Source: Candidatus Woesebacteria bacterium (GTDB lineage Bacteria > Patescibacteriota > Microgenomatia > UBA8517). From it: a DNA stretch of 64,000 nt. The position numbers and the translations under genes were made by a program. Location: the NCBI GenBank assembly GCA_003484955.1, contig DMZH01000002.1, positions 14,825 through 78,824 of the forward strand. Direction: 5' to 3'. Under the pieces are notes generated by a model, which saw only the letters and a list, made by a program, of their open reading frames with translations, searched no databases and was not told where the DNA came from. Of the stretch, positions 27,989 through 37,431 are shown piece after piece (positions within the stretch are counted from its first letter, which is position 1; every line of letters begins with the position of its first letter).

Positions 27989-29624
27989 ATATTTGATTCC
28001 TTTGATTCTTCTTTTGTCGGTTCCGGCAATAAGATATTTGTTTGTTTATGGTTTCTTCGGGGTTTCCGACGATCTACATGTTGCCTGGCTTTATGAGATG
28101 GACAGAGTGATAAAATTGCTTCAGTTTCCACCTCGCTTTGTCCCGGATCTGAGTTTTGGTTTTGGATATCCGCTTTTTAATTTTGTTTATCCTTTACCGT
28201 TTTATATAGGGGAGGTAATTCATCTTCTGGGGTTTTCCCTGGTTGATAGTATAAAAATTGTTTTTGGTCTATCCATCCCACTCTCTATGTACTTTATGTA
28301 CAAATTCCTAAAAGAGTTTTTATCCGAGGAACTTTCACTTGCCGGTTCGGTACTTTATGTTTACGCGCCCTATAGAGCCGTTGAAATTTTTGTCCGGGGG
28401 ACAATAGGGGAGATTGTAGCATTCACTATAATTCCCATTGTCGCCTTGGCTTTTGTAAATTTGAGCAAAGAGAAACCATCTGTTAAATGGGTTGGGGCGG
28501 CGGCACTCTCTGTGGCAGCTCTGGTTTTGTCGCACAATATTATGGCTTACATGTTTATGCCTTTTGCCTTGCTCCTTTTGATTTCAAGGATCATATTTAT
28601 AATCAAAAATAAAAAAGCCGCGATCATTAGAAGTCTTATCGGCGTTTTTTTGGGACTTGCGGCATCTATCTATTTTTGGCTTCCTGCAATTTACGAAAGC
28701 AGGCTAATGCATTACGACACTGTTTTTAATTTTTATGACCACTTCCCCGCGCTTAAGCAATTTATTATTCCGTATTTCGGCTACGGGGCTTCGGTTCCGG
28801 GACCGTACGATACAATGTCTTTCTATTTTGGCTTGACGGGAATTTTAACTGCTATTTTCGGATTGATTTTATTTGCCTTGAAATTTAAAAAGTTTTCATT
28901 TGAGGAAAAAATGTTTTTTATATGGGGAGAGGTAATACTCCTCGTGAGTATTTTTATGATGAATTTCCGTTCCGCATTTTTATGGAGAAATTTACCCCTT
29001 TTGCCGTATTTTCAATTCCCCTGGAGATTCCTGGCGATGGTAGTTTTTTCCATTCCGATACTTCTTTTAGGCTTTTCCAAATATAAATTCGGGAAAATTG
29101 CCTCATACATTATTATCGCTCTCACCATTGCTCTGAACTTTAACTACTTTAAAATCAGTGAATATTTAGGCAGGGGAGACGCGTATTATCTCAATAGATA
29201 TATTCCCGTTCCTGTTGCGTCGGAGGAGTACAAAAAAACATCGGAAGAATATCTAAGGCTACCCAAAGACACCGAGGCAAGACCCCAAAGCAACTTTCCC
29301 AGGGCTTATGCTGATGTTTCGGGAATTTACCGAATTGAGGAAATAAACACTCTTGATGCGGCTGTCTCCACTGACTATAAGGAAGATTTTATTTTAAATT
29401 ACAGCAAATACTATTTCCCGGGTTGGTTTGCTAAAATAGATGGGAAGAGCGTGGGGATCGCATCGGGAAAGCCATACGGCCAGATTGTTTTACAAGTTCC
29501 CGCGGGACAGCATACAGTTGAGGTTTATTACAGGGAATCTTTGATGAGGCAGGTTCTGGATATAGTTTCATTGATCGGAGTTGGTGCTGCGGTGTTTCTT
29601 ATATTAAAAAAGAAAAAAATATGA
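27960..29624 (+). CDS. PTPS-related/YfhO-like membrane protein, tandem paralogue 3
   Basis: FFGVSDDLHVAWLYEM...LQFPPRFVPD...FQFPWRFLAMV. The ORF-track start at 27930 is also possible. Confidence 0.65.
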   Translation: MKKTKSVLSKYLIPLILLLSVPAIRYLFVYGFFGVSDDLHVAWLYEMDRVIKLLQFPPRFVPDLSFGFGYPLFNFVYPLPFYIGEVIHLLGFSLVDSIKIVFGLSIPLSMYFMYKFLKEFLSEELSLAGSVLYVYAPYRAVEIFVRGTIGEIVAFTIIPIVALAFVNLSKEKPSVKWVGAAALSVAALVLSHNIMAYMFMPFALLLLISRIIFIIKNKKAAIIRSLIGVFLGLAASIYFWLPAIYESRLMHYDTVFNFYDHFPALKQFIIPYFGYGASVPGPYDTMSFYFGLTGILTAIFGLILFALKFKKFSFEEKMFFIWGEVILLVSIFMMNFRSAFLWRNLPLLPYFQFPWRFLAMVVFSIPILLLGFSKYKFGKIASYIIIALTIALNFNYFKISEYLGRGDAYYLNRYIPVPVASEEYKKTSEEYLRLPKDTEARPQSNFPRAYADVSGIYRIEEINTLDAAVSTDYKEDFILNYSKYYFPGWFAKIDGKSVGIASGKPYGQIVLQVPAGQHTVEVYYRESLMRQVLDIVSLIGVGAAVFLILKKKKI

Positions 29625-30826
29625 AAAAAATACTGGTTTTGGCGATCGTCTTGAGAGTTTTAGTGGCAGCATTTTTATTTCACCCCGACATAAAAACATT
29701 TAACTTCCAGGCATCTTTCTTAAAAAAGGGTGTGACCGATATTTATTCATATTTAATAGAAAACAGAAAAACACTGCCTTTAAAGGAAGAGTTTGTTTAT
29801 TTTCCGTTAACTTATTTTGTCCTTGGCGGATACCAGGCCATTGCTTCACCGGTCCTTGGAAGCGGTTTTGACGCGTGGCTGGGAAATGCCGACTCAAATA
29901 CAGCAATCCTGAATCCCAATGTTTTTAGGTATCTGCTGGTTTTGAAACTGCCGTATTTGATTTTGGATATTTCTATTGCTTTCCTGCTTTTAAAATTCTT
30001 TGACAGTGGGGTAATGGGAAAAAAAGCTTTTATAATCTGGCTTTTTAACCCCTTTACGATTTTTATCATTTACGCGTTTGGGAACATCGATATTTTTCCG
30101 GTTTTTATTACTCTGATTTCCCTGCTTTTGATTAAAAAAGAAAAGCTGCTTTTGGCTGCTCTGGCCTTAGGGATTGCGGCAGGTTTTAAGCTTTACCCGC
30201 TTTTATTTGTCCCGTTTTTAATTTTTGGCGGTAAAAGCACTAAAGAGAAGGTACTCCTGGGTGCGATACCGTTTGGCATTTTTGGTGCGATATCCGTGCC
30301 ATTCCTGTCACAGGCATTTGCCCAGTCAACTTTAATTTCGGGGCTGACCACCAGGATATTCAATCCGGGCTTTGCCGTTGGTTTTGGCGAATCAATAATC
30401 GTTGGACTACTCCTTTTCTCGGCGCTCTTTTTTGGCGCATGGTTGACTGATAAAAAGCCAAACATGTTTAATTATTGGATTGCAATTCTTTTGATCATAT
30501 TTTCTTTTTCCCATTTCCACATTGCATGGCTTTTGTGGATTGCTCCATTTGTTGTAATTTTAGCTGTCAAAAAGCCGTTCCTATCCTGGCCGCTCTTCCT
30601 GCTGGCCATGGCCTCCGTTGTCATCCCGCTTCTCTATCAGGACAGGTCAATGACAATTTCGCTGTACAGGGCTTACAGTACCTGGTTTGATCTTTTGCCA
30701 ACCCCATTCAACGCAGTTGAAAGGTTCTATGATCCTTATAATTTACAAAGCATCCTGCACACGATTTTTGCCGGCGGAGCTTTGACAATTAGTTACTTGC
30801 TTTTTAGAAAGGAAAAAAGCCAGTGA
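29621..30826 (+). CDS. GT-C-like membrane protein (GT87/DUF2029-like)
   Basis: 401 aa with about 10 TM segments. GIAAGFKLYPLLFVPFL. ATGA overlap with the upstream gene. Confidence 0.55.
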   Translation: MKKILVLAIVLRVLVAAFLFHPDIKTFNFQASFLKKGVTDIYSYLIENRKTLPLKEEFVYFPLTYFVLGGYQAIASPVLGSGFDAWLGNADSNTAILNPNVFRYLLVLKLPYLILDISIAFLLLKFFDSGVMGKKAFIIWLFNPFTIFIIYAFGNIDIFPVFITLISLLLIKKEKLLLAALALGIAAGFKLYPLLFVPFLIFGGKSTKEKVLLGAIPFGIFGAISVPFLSQAFAQSTLISGLTTRIFNPGFAVGFGESIIVGLLLFSALFFGAWLTDKKPNMFNYWIAILLIIFSFSHFHIAWLLWIAPFVVILAVKKPFLSWPLFLLAMASVVIPLLYQDRSMTISLYRAYSTWFDLLPTPFNAVERFYDPYNLQSILHTIFAGGALTISYLLFRKEKSQ

Positions 30827-31428
30827 AGAAAATGATTTGGTTAACGACAGCCTCGGTTTTAACTTTGGTTTTTGTGGTGCCGGCGGTACTCGCATCAGCT
30901 CTGAAAATGATTCCGGTTAACATCCAGCCGGGCTACAACTCCGACATAAGGCTGTCAATCTATAAAATAAGGGGATTCTCACAGAAATTTGTTGCAAAAA
31001 CCGGCAACTTAACAGCAATCGGCACTTCAATTAGAAACCCCAATTTGAAAAACAAAACAGATGTCATTTTTAGCCTATATGACAATGGCAATCTGATACG
31101 AACTTCTATTCTTAATGGTCAAAATCTGGAAGACGGATCTTTTGTTAAATTTGTTTTTCCGGTTATTCCTGATTCCCTGGGGAAGGAATATACATTTACG
31201 ATTACGTCCCCCGGAGCCGGTCCGGAAGAAACGATCGAAGTCTTTATTATTGGTGAGCCGGAGCCCACTTCCGGTATTACGGAATACACCTACGAGGAAG
31301 AAGTACATCCCGGAGGAATTCCGTTAGTTTCCTACAGCCAGCCGGAGAGCAAGTTGAAGACTATAAATAGTGTTTATTCTAGTTGGCTTTCCAGACTTCT
31401 ATCTCCTGGTTCTCAAAAATCCGAATAA
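30823..31428 (+). CDS. small secreted or membrane-anchored protein of unknown function
   Basis: N-terminal signal-like segment MIWLTTASVLTLVFVVPAVLASA. Acidic Thr/Glu-rich C-terminus. 3' end overlaps the convergent gene 31379..33211 by 50 nt. Confidence 0.5.
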   Translation: MKKMIWLTTASVLTLVFVVPAVLASALKMIPVNIQPGYNSDIRLSIYKIRGFSQKFVAKTGNLTAIGTSIRNPNLKNKTDVIFSLYDNGNLIRTSILNGQNLEDGSFVKFVFPVIPDSLGKEYTFTITSPGAGPEETIEVFIIGEPEPTSGITEYTYEEEVHPGGIPLVSYSQPESKLKTINSVYSSWLSRLLSPGSQKSE

Positions 31429-33211
31429 GACCCAAGCTTTCCGGATCAACTTTTGGCCCCACCGCTTTAGGAAAATATAAAACATTGGCCTGGGTTTCGG
31501 TAAAAGCATTTTTTACTTCAACAGGATTGGTGCCTTCAAAAACAACCCGTTTAGTTTCAAGTCTTGGTCTCCAATCGTAGCCCATGATATCAGCCTGTTC
31601 ATAATCGTCGAAGAATGTTCTTCTTGCCGAGATGGCGGAAACATAGGAAGTGTCAAACCAATCCCAGATGTTGGGCGTGGAATCTTTAAGATCCAAGTAT
31701 TGGTTATAGGGAGGAGTTACCACGACAGCATCTTCCGGAGTATTTTCTTTAATATAATTAAGGGCTTCAATTTCCTGAGACGAAACTTTGGCAAACGCTG
31801 GGCGCGAGTAAAATTCCCGTAGAAGTCCGATCTGGGTAGGAAGCATTAAGATTATAATAAAGGGTATCAGAAATTTTGCCTTGGCTGTAATTTTAGAGGT
31901 TTGAATACCCGCCAAAATTCCAAAAAGAAGAACAAAGTATTGCAAAAATTGACTGGTGTTGCTGGCAACCCCTTTCTGTAAAAATATGAGCGGCAGTAAA
32001 ATTGAAAGAAAAACCACGACCTTAATAACCAAATGTGTTTTTAGATAATTCCATAAGCCTACAAACCTCATGCCCAAGTTTCCGAAAAAGAAAATCAGAA
32101 AACCTACACCTTCTAAAAATATAACTCTTTTCCAGTTGTGCTCATAAATATAAGTCTGGCGCCTGAGTTCCCAGTCCAAAAGGTTAAGACGTGATGGCTC
32201 TACAATCATGGTTCTCACATACCACCAAGGTTGAAAAATCAAAAAGGAAGCGGATCCGGAAGTGTTGGGGAAATATAGTAAAGCGGCCAAGGCTCCGCTA
32301 AAAGCCGTAAGGACCAGAAGCTGGAACCGTTTTTCTTTAACTATTTGCCAAATTGCCGCGATTCCCAGCGCCCCTAAAGCAACGACCCCCGCATAGACCT
32401 TAAAGCTTGCCAGGGTTCCGAAAAGAATGACGCATACAACGAAAATTATTTTGTTTTTAGATTTATTTTTTTGCCGGGTTAAGACAATAAGAAAATATAT
32501 TGCAGCCAAAACCAAAAAGTCGGAGATAATTTGCGGAGGATTACCACTTGAGCTTTGCGGCTGAGTTGCCCAGAAAATACTTTCGCCACCAATGGTTTTA
32601 CCTTTTATATAGGTGACAATGAAACCGAAACTTCCGGCAAAATAAGTAAAAATTGTTGCCCAGATAGAAGCCTGGGAGCTTCCTGTCAGTCTTTTTGTCA
32701 AAAAATAGGCTGATGCCCCCAAAAAAAGCGAGTAAATAAAAGGGAATATTCTGAAATATAAATCAAAATTGGAAACGAATAAGTATTTTCCTATCATGGC
32801 CGGCAAAATGTCGCTAAAAAAGTGATAGTTAACAAGCTTTTCACCGGCAAAAATAGGATTTTCAAACGGCAAGCCCTTTTTAATTTCCTCCATGAGAGCA
32901 ATATGCCAGGTTCCGTCATGCCCGTGAGCACTCCAGAAAAGTAAATTCCCGTTTTGGGTAATTCCGCTCGGGGAAATGACCGCCATTTGTCCGGCTATTC
33001 CAAGGACAAAAACAATCAGGATAATAATTGTTTGAAAGTTGGGCTTGGTTTTAATTTGTTTAATGGTTTTTATTAGTGGTTTAGTGCTGAAGATGATTGT
33101 CAGGAGAACAATCGGAATAATTAATATTGGAATATTAAGTACTATCAGGATATAGGAGATAAGTGTGAAGGAGGCAAAACCCGCGATCCCTCCCATTAGT
33201 ATTTTCTCCAT
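31379..33211 (-). CDS. large polytopic membrane protein, paralogue of 22946..24670 (GT-C candidate)
   Basis: WSAHGHDGTWHIALM and FAGSFGF...GGESIFWATQ are collinear with 22946. C-terminus ...LGLIRIFENQEIEVWKAN. One of the few minus-strand genes in the central region. Confidence 0.65.
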   Translation of the reverse strand: MEKILMGGIAGFASFTLISYILIVLNIPILIIPIVLLTIIFSTKPLIKTIKQIKTKPNFQTIIILIVFVLGIAGQMAVISPSGITQNGNLLFWSAHGHDGTWHIALMEEIKKGLPFENPIFAGEKLVNYHFFSDILPAMIGKYLFVSNFDLYFRIFPFIYSLFLGASAYFLTKRLTGSSQASIWATIFTYFAGSFGFIVTYIKGKTIGGESIFWATQPQSSSGNPPQIISDFLVLAAIYFLIVLTRQKNKSKNKIIFVVCVILFGTLASFKVYAGVVALGALGIAAIWQIVKEKRFQLLVLTAFSGALAALLYFPNTSGSASFLIFQPWWYVRTMIVEPSRLNLLDWELRRQTYIYEHNWKRVIFLEGVGFLIFFFGNLGMRFVGLWNYLKTHLVIKVVVFLSILLPLIFLQKGVASNTSQFLQYFVLLFGILAGIQTSKITAKAKFLIPFIIILMLPTQIGLLREFYSRPAFAKVSSQEIEALNYIKENTPEDAVVVTPPYNQYLDLKDSTPNIWDWFDTSYVSAISARRTFFDDYEQADIMGYDWRPRLETKRVVFEGTNPVEVKNAFTETQANVLYFPKAVGPKVDPESLGLIRIFENQEIEVWKAN

Positions 33212-33231
33212 TGCTAAATTATAATGGTTAT

Positions 33232-34647
33232 ATGGCCCGTAAATCCATCTGGATCATTTTTGGAATTGTAATTTTAGGATTTTTGCTTAGGATTTATAAA
33301 ATTCAGGCCCTTCCCATGTACGGAGACGAACTGACCATGGTTTACGATATCTATTCGATAAGTAAAACCGGCATGGATGCAACAGGACAAAAATTCCCCA
33401 TGACTTTTAAGATGGGTGCTGGGCGCCCCGCGGGATATATTTATTTTTCAGTTCCATTTGTGGCAATTTTCGGGCCAACCGTCTGGGGAGTTAGGTCCCT
33501 CTCAATCCTTTCCGGTTTGGGAATAATAGTCCTGATGTATTTTTTGAGTAAGAAACTTTTTGGTGAGAAAATTGGAGTCATTGCCGGTTTGCTGGCTGCG
33601 ATTTCTCCCTGGGATATTTATCTAAGCCGCGCGGGGTTTGAAGCACATTTTGCGCTATTTTTGGCTCTGTTGGGAATCACTGCGTTCGTATATAAAAAAT
33701 ATATTTGGTGGGCAATTTCCTGGGGAATAGCAGTTTTAACTTACCCAACATTCAAGTTAACTTTACCTCTCCTTTTTTTAGTACTCCTCTGGTTTAGCGG
33801 ATTCGGTAAGGTGGTAAAGAACAAAATTTTTGTTATCGGTTTAATAATACTTTTGTTTTTCGGAGGAGTAGTAATCAGAGAAACTTTCATGGCGGGCAGC
33901 GAACAAAGATTTTTAAGTATAAATATTTTTGCTGACAATAACTTGAAACAAAGCATTATACAAAGGGTTAACTACGAAAGAACCGTTTCAACATTGCCGC
34001 AGTTTGTTAAACCTCTTTTTATAAACAGGGAGATCGAATATTCGAGAATTATATTGGAGAATTATGCCAAAAATCTTTCTCCGGACTTTTTGATTTTGAG
34101 AGGGGACAGAAATCCGAGACATAACCCCGGAGAAATGGGTATGATATTCCTGGTTGATTTGCCTTTGATACTCATCGGTTTAATGTTTCTTTGGAGGGAA
34201 AAGAAAAAGGAATCAATTTTGCTTTTTAAGTGGATTTTGATTACACCGCTTGCAACAATGTTTTTATCGGAAGCACATGGACTCAGGAATGGTTTAATGC
34301 TGCCTCCTTTAATTATGATTATTTCATATGCTCTTTCAAGGATTCCTAAAAAGTTTGCCTATTTTGCCGGAGTACTAATGCTCCTTCAATTAATCTATAT
34401 TTTGATTCGGGTGTACACAATTGCCCCTGCGAAGTTTGCTTCATTTTGGTCAGCTGACGCTAAAAAGGCGGCTCTTGCGGCAATAGAGAGTCAAAAGGAA
34501 GGCAAAGAAGTAGCTTTATACGTAAACGAAATCGATAATATTGAATATGCCTACGAAGTATATGCAAAGCTTGACCCCCGGCTGGTAATTTCCCAATATG
34601 GTAAATCTCCTAAAATTTTTGGAAGTATTATCATTACCGACAAATAA
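33232..34647 (+). CDS. GT-C fold glycosyltransferase, PMT_2/ArnT-like (GT39/83)
   Basis: FLLRIYKIQALPMYGDELTMVYDIYSISKTGMD, then ISPWDIYLSRAGFE. TTG at 33211 is an alternative start. Divergent from 31379..33211 with a tiny spacer. Confidence 0.7.
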   Translation: MARKSIWIIFGIVILGFLLRIYKIQALPMYGDELTMVYDIYSISKTGMDATGQKFPMTFKMGAGRPAGYIYFSVPFVAIFGPTVWGVRSLSILSGLGIIVLMYFLSKKLFGEKIGVIAGLLAAISPWDIYLSRAGFEAHFALFLALLGITAFVYKKYIWWAISWGIAVLTYPTFKLTLPLLFLVLLWFSGFGKVVKNKIFVIGLIILLFFGGVVIRETFMAGSEQRFLSINIFADNNLKQSIIQRVNYERTVSTLPQFVKPLFINREIEYSRIILENYAKNLSPDFLILRGDRNPRHNPGEMGMIFLVDLPLILIGLMFLWREKKKESILLFKWILITPLATMFLSEAHGLRNGLMLPPLIMIISYALSRIPKKFAYFAGVLMLLQLIYILIRVYTIAPAKFASFWSADAKKAALAAIESQKEGKEVALYVNEIDNIEYAYEVYAKLDPRLVISQYGKSPKIFGSIIITDK

Positions 34648-34660
34648 CAACCCTATTTAA

Positions 34661-35797
34661 ATGACCAAAATAAAAATTATCATTCTGGCTTTAGGGTTTT
34701 CTTTTTTTGCGGCTATTAGGTTACTTATTTTTTATAATATACCGATCCAGGGAGTTAATTTAGGTTCACCCTTTATCACCGATCTTATCGGAAAAGCATA
34801 TTCACTTCCTTATTGGATAATTATTCTATCTGACGTATTCAACTTGATGTTGCTTTGGCTAATCGGAGAAAAACTCTTCGATAAAAAAACCGGTTTTTTA
34901 CTACCCTTTATTTATGCAATTTCTCCCTGGCCGGCCTACCTGGCTATAGGGGGGTCGATATATATCTTTATTCTTTTCGGGGTTCTTCTTTTTTATTATG
35001 GTCAGGTCTTAATGAAAGCACGGACAAGTTTTTCGGGAGTCGGTTTATCATTACTGGGCATTGCGGTTATGGTTTATTCCAGTTTTTCAATGCTTTTGGT
35101 AGTACCGTTTTTTCTTTGGGGAATTTATAAAAGCGGATTTTCTGCAAGAGACAAGAAAATCCTTTTCCTTACCACGGCACTGGTCCTTATCCCGATAATA
35201 TTTTTATCTATCTTAAATAGAAATTCCTTTAAGATGGTTGCGATTAAAGAAATCAGCTTGTTCAACGAAGTCGGACTTATTAATTCCGTCAACACATTCA
35301 GGGGCGAAACAGGTGAAGCGGGATACCCATACCTGGGTCTTTTTATCGAAAACAAAATAACGTATTTTGGCAGACATGTGCTTTTTAATACACTTATCAC
35401 CTTTTCCCCATTTACCTACTTTACTCAACAGTTCAGACTTCTCGGATTTTCTTTCAGCCCACCCATCTTTATCGGATTGTTAATTCCTTTCCTCTATGGC
35501 TTGGTCAGGATGCCCATTTGGAAAAGTGCAAAGTCTTATCTTCTGATGATAACCCTCCCACTTCTAATCCCGACAATAATTCATACGTATTCTCCGGATC
35601 TCAATAGTTTGATTTTAATTTTACCTATATTAATTTTTATCTCTGCTTGGGGTATGGGTGAGCTGGTACGAAACAAAAAATGGCCTTTTGTTGCAATCGC
35701 CACCGTTTTTATATTTTTGCAGGGATTAACAACCCTTTATGATATAAAAACAAGGGAGCCAATTAGATACCAAAAGATGATTCAGATAAGCCAATGA
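34661..35797 (+). CDS. N-terminally truncated, DE-motif-less paralogue of the PMT_2/ArnT-like family (likely inactive, or a pseudogene)
   Basis: 378 aa against about 530-560 aa in neighbours. Retains AISPWPAYLAIGG (aligned with AISPWHIYFSR in paralogues) but lacks the N-terminal NWDEV..GYNAYS loop. Confidence 0.55.
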   Translation: MTKIKIIILALGFSFFAAIRLLIFYNIPIQGVNLGSPFITDLIGKAYSLPYWIIILSDVFNLMLLWLIGEKLFDKKTGFLLPFIYAISPWPAYLAIGGSIYIFILFGVLLFYYGQVLMKARTSFSGVGLSLLGIAVMVYSSFSMLLVVPFFLWGIYKSGFSARDKKILFLTTALVLIPIIFLSILNRNSFKMVAIKEISLFNEVGLINSVNTFRGETGEAGYPYLGLFIENKITYFGRHVLFNTLITFSPFTYFTQQFRLLGFSFSPPIFIGLLIPFLYGLVRMPIWKSAKSYLLMITLPLLIPTIIHTYSPDLNSLILILPILIFISAWGMGELVRNKKWPFVAIATVFIFLQGLTTLYDIKTREPIRYQKMIQISQ

Positions 35798-37431
35798 CAA
35801 AAACTAAACTGATTTTGATAATTATTTTAATCACTCTATTGGGTGGTTTTTTGAGGTTTTACAAGAATTATCAGAACCCCGTTAGCTTAACTGTAGACGA
35901 AGTTGCCTTTGGCTATAATGCCTACTCGGTACTAAAAACCGGAAGAGATGAATATGGAAAATTCATGCCACTGACCTTCAAATCAGTCGGGGATTATAAG
36001 AACCCTTTTCCAATCTATTCAATGGTTCCCTCAATCGCCATATTTGGTCTAAATGAGTTTTCGGTAAGGTTTCCAACTGCGCTAATATCCACTTTGTCGA
36101 TTCCTCTCTTTTTTCTTTTGTTCAGGAAGTTAACAAAAAAGACGGGTACAGCACTTCTTGGCACTTTACTTTTAGCAATATCGCCCTGGCATATTTACTT
36201 CTCAAGATATGTTTCCGACCATCTTATGGCAGGGGTTTTTATTGGTGTTGGCATTATCTTTTTTCTTAAGATGCTGGATGGGAAAAAGATATGGGCGCTT
36301 CTTTCAGCACTTTTCTTTGTTTTATCTATCTATACATATTATCCCGAAAGATTGTTTGTTCCACTCTTCCTGCTGGCGCTCTTTGCAATAAAATTCAAAG
36401 AACTAATTAATCATAAAAAGGAATCAGTAATTTTCATCATCGCCTGTATTGTCCTGGCGGCGCCACTTTTGTATTCCACATTCTTCGGCAACGACATTGC
36501 CAGAGCCAACATGGTTTTTATTACCAAAGATATTGAGTTTACCAGGAATGTTTTACTAAGCGATGCTAAAACAGCATTTTCCGGAATGGCAAATATGTCT
36601 CTGTTGTTTTTCTTTTGGGCAAGAAAATATTTAGCGTACTTTAGTCCCTCTTTCCTTTTTTACGGCGGACTACCCATGACCATTCAAGGGTCTTATGGTC
36701 TTGGGGTATTATATTTATTTGAAGCGATAACTCTTCCTTTGGGAATTTATGCTTTTATAAAGGGGAAAATTCCTCAAAAGGGAATTATAACTTCCTGGAT
36801 ACTTTTGGGCTTAATACCCTCATCGCTTACAAACAATGAACAGCACCCCGGCAGAACGATATTAATCTTGCCTGCAGTTATTTTACTTTCAGCCCTGGGA
36901 TTATACGAACTTATAAAATTAGTAAAAAACATCACGATAAAGTATGTCAAATATTTTGCAATTACGGCATTTTCCATTTTAGTAATTTGGGATCTTGCCC
37001 ATGCGCTAATTGCTTTTTCCGTGTATTTTCCAAAGGAAAGGGATGAGGATTTTATGAACGGAACAAAAGAGGCGGTGGAATATATGCTTCAAAACCAGGA
37101 CAAATATAAAGAAATAGTTTTTGATCCATATAGGGGGGTTGTAGCCCCATATATAGTAAGCATTCCACATATGTATATTCTTTTTTACTCTCAATACGAC
37201 CCAAATATTTATCAAACAGAATTAAAAAGAACAGGTGATGACCTTTACGGTTTTGGAAAGTATACAATTAGAAAAATAAACTGGCCCGTTGACAGGAGCT
37301 CGGATGACATCCTTTTTATAGGAAGTCCCTGGGTTTTAAATGAAAAAGATATTGATCAGGGAAATATCTTGAAAAAGATTTATTTGGAAAATGGAAGTTT
37401 GGCATTTCTCATAGTTAGAACCGGCGACTAA
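35794..37431 (+). CDS. GT-C fold glycosyltransferase, PMT_2/ArnT-like
   Basis: FLRFYKNYQNPVSLTVDEVAFGYNAYSVLKTGRDEYGKFMPLTFKS, then ISPWHIYFSR. ATGA overlap. Confidence 0.75.
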   Translation: MTKTKLILIIILITLLGGFLRFYKNYQNPVSLTVDEVAFGYNAYSVLKTGRDEYGKFMPLTFKSVGDYKNPFPIYSMVPSIAIFGLNEFSVRFPTALISTLSIPLFFLLFRKLTKKTGTALLGTLLLAISPWHIYFSRYVSDHLMAGVFIGVGIIFFLKMLDGKKIWALLSALFFVLSIYTYYPERLFVPLFLLALFAIKFKELINHKKESVIFIIACIVLAAPLLYSTFFGNDIARANMVFITKDIEFTRNVLLSDAKTAFSGMANMSLLFFFWARKYLAYFSPSFLFYGGLPMTIQGSYGLGVLYLFEAITLPLGIYAFIKGKIPQKGIITSWILLGLIPSSLTNNEQHPGRTILILPAVILLSALGLYELIKLVKNITIKYVKYFAITAFSILVIWDLAHALIAFSVYFPKERDEDFMNGTKEAVEYMLQNQDKYKEIVFDPYRGVVAPYIVSIPHMYILFYSQYDPNIYQTELKRTGDDLYGFGKYTIRKINWPVDRSSDDILFIGSPWVLNEKDIDQGNILKKIYLENGSLAFLIVRTGD

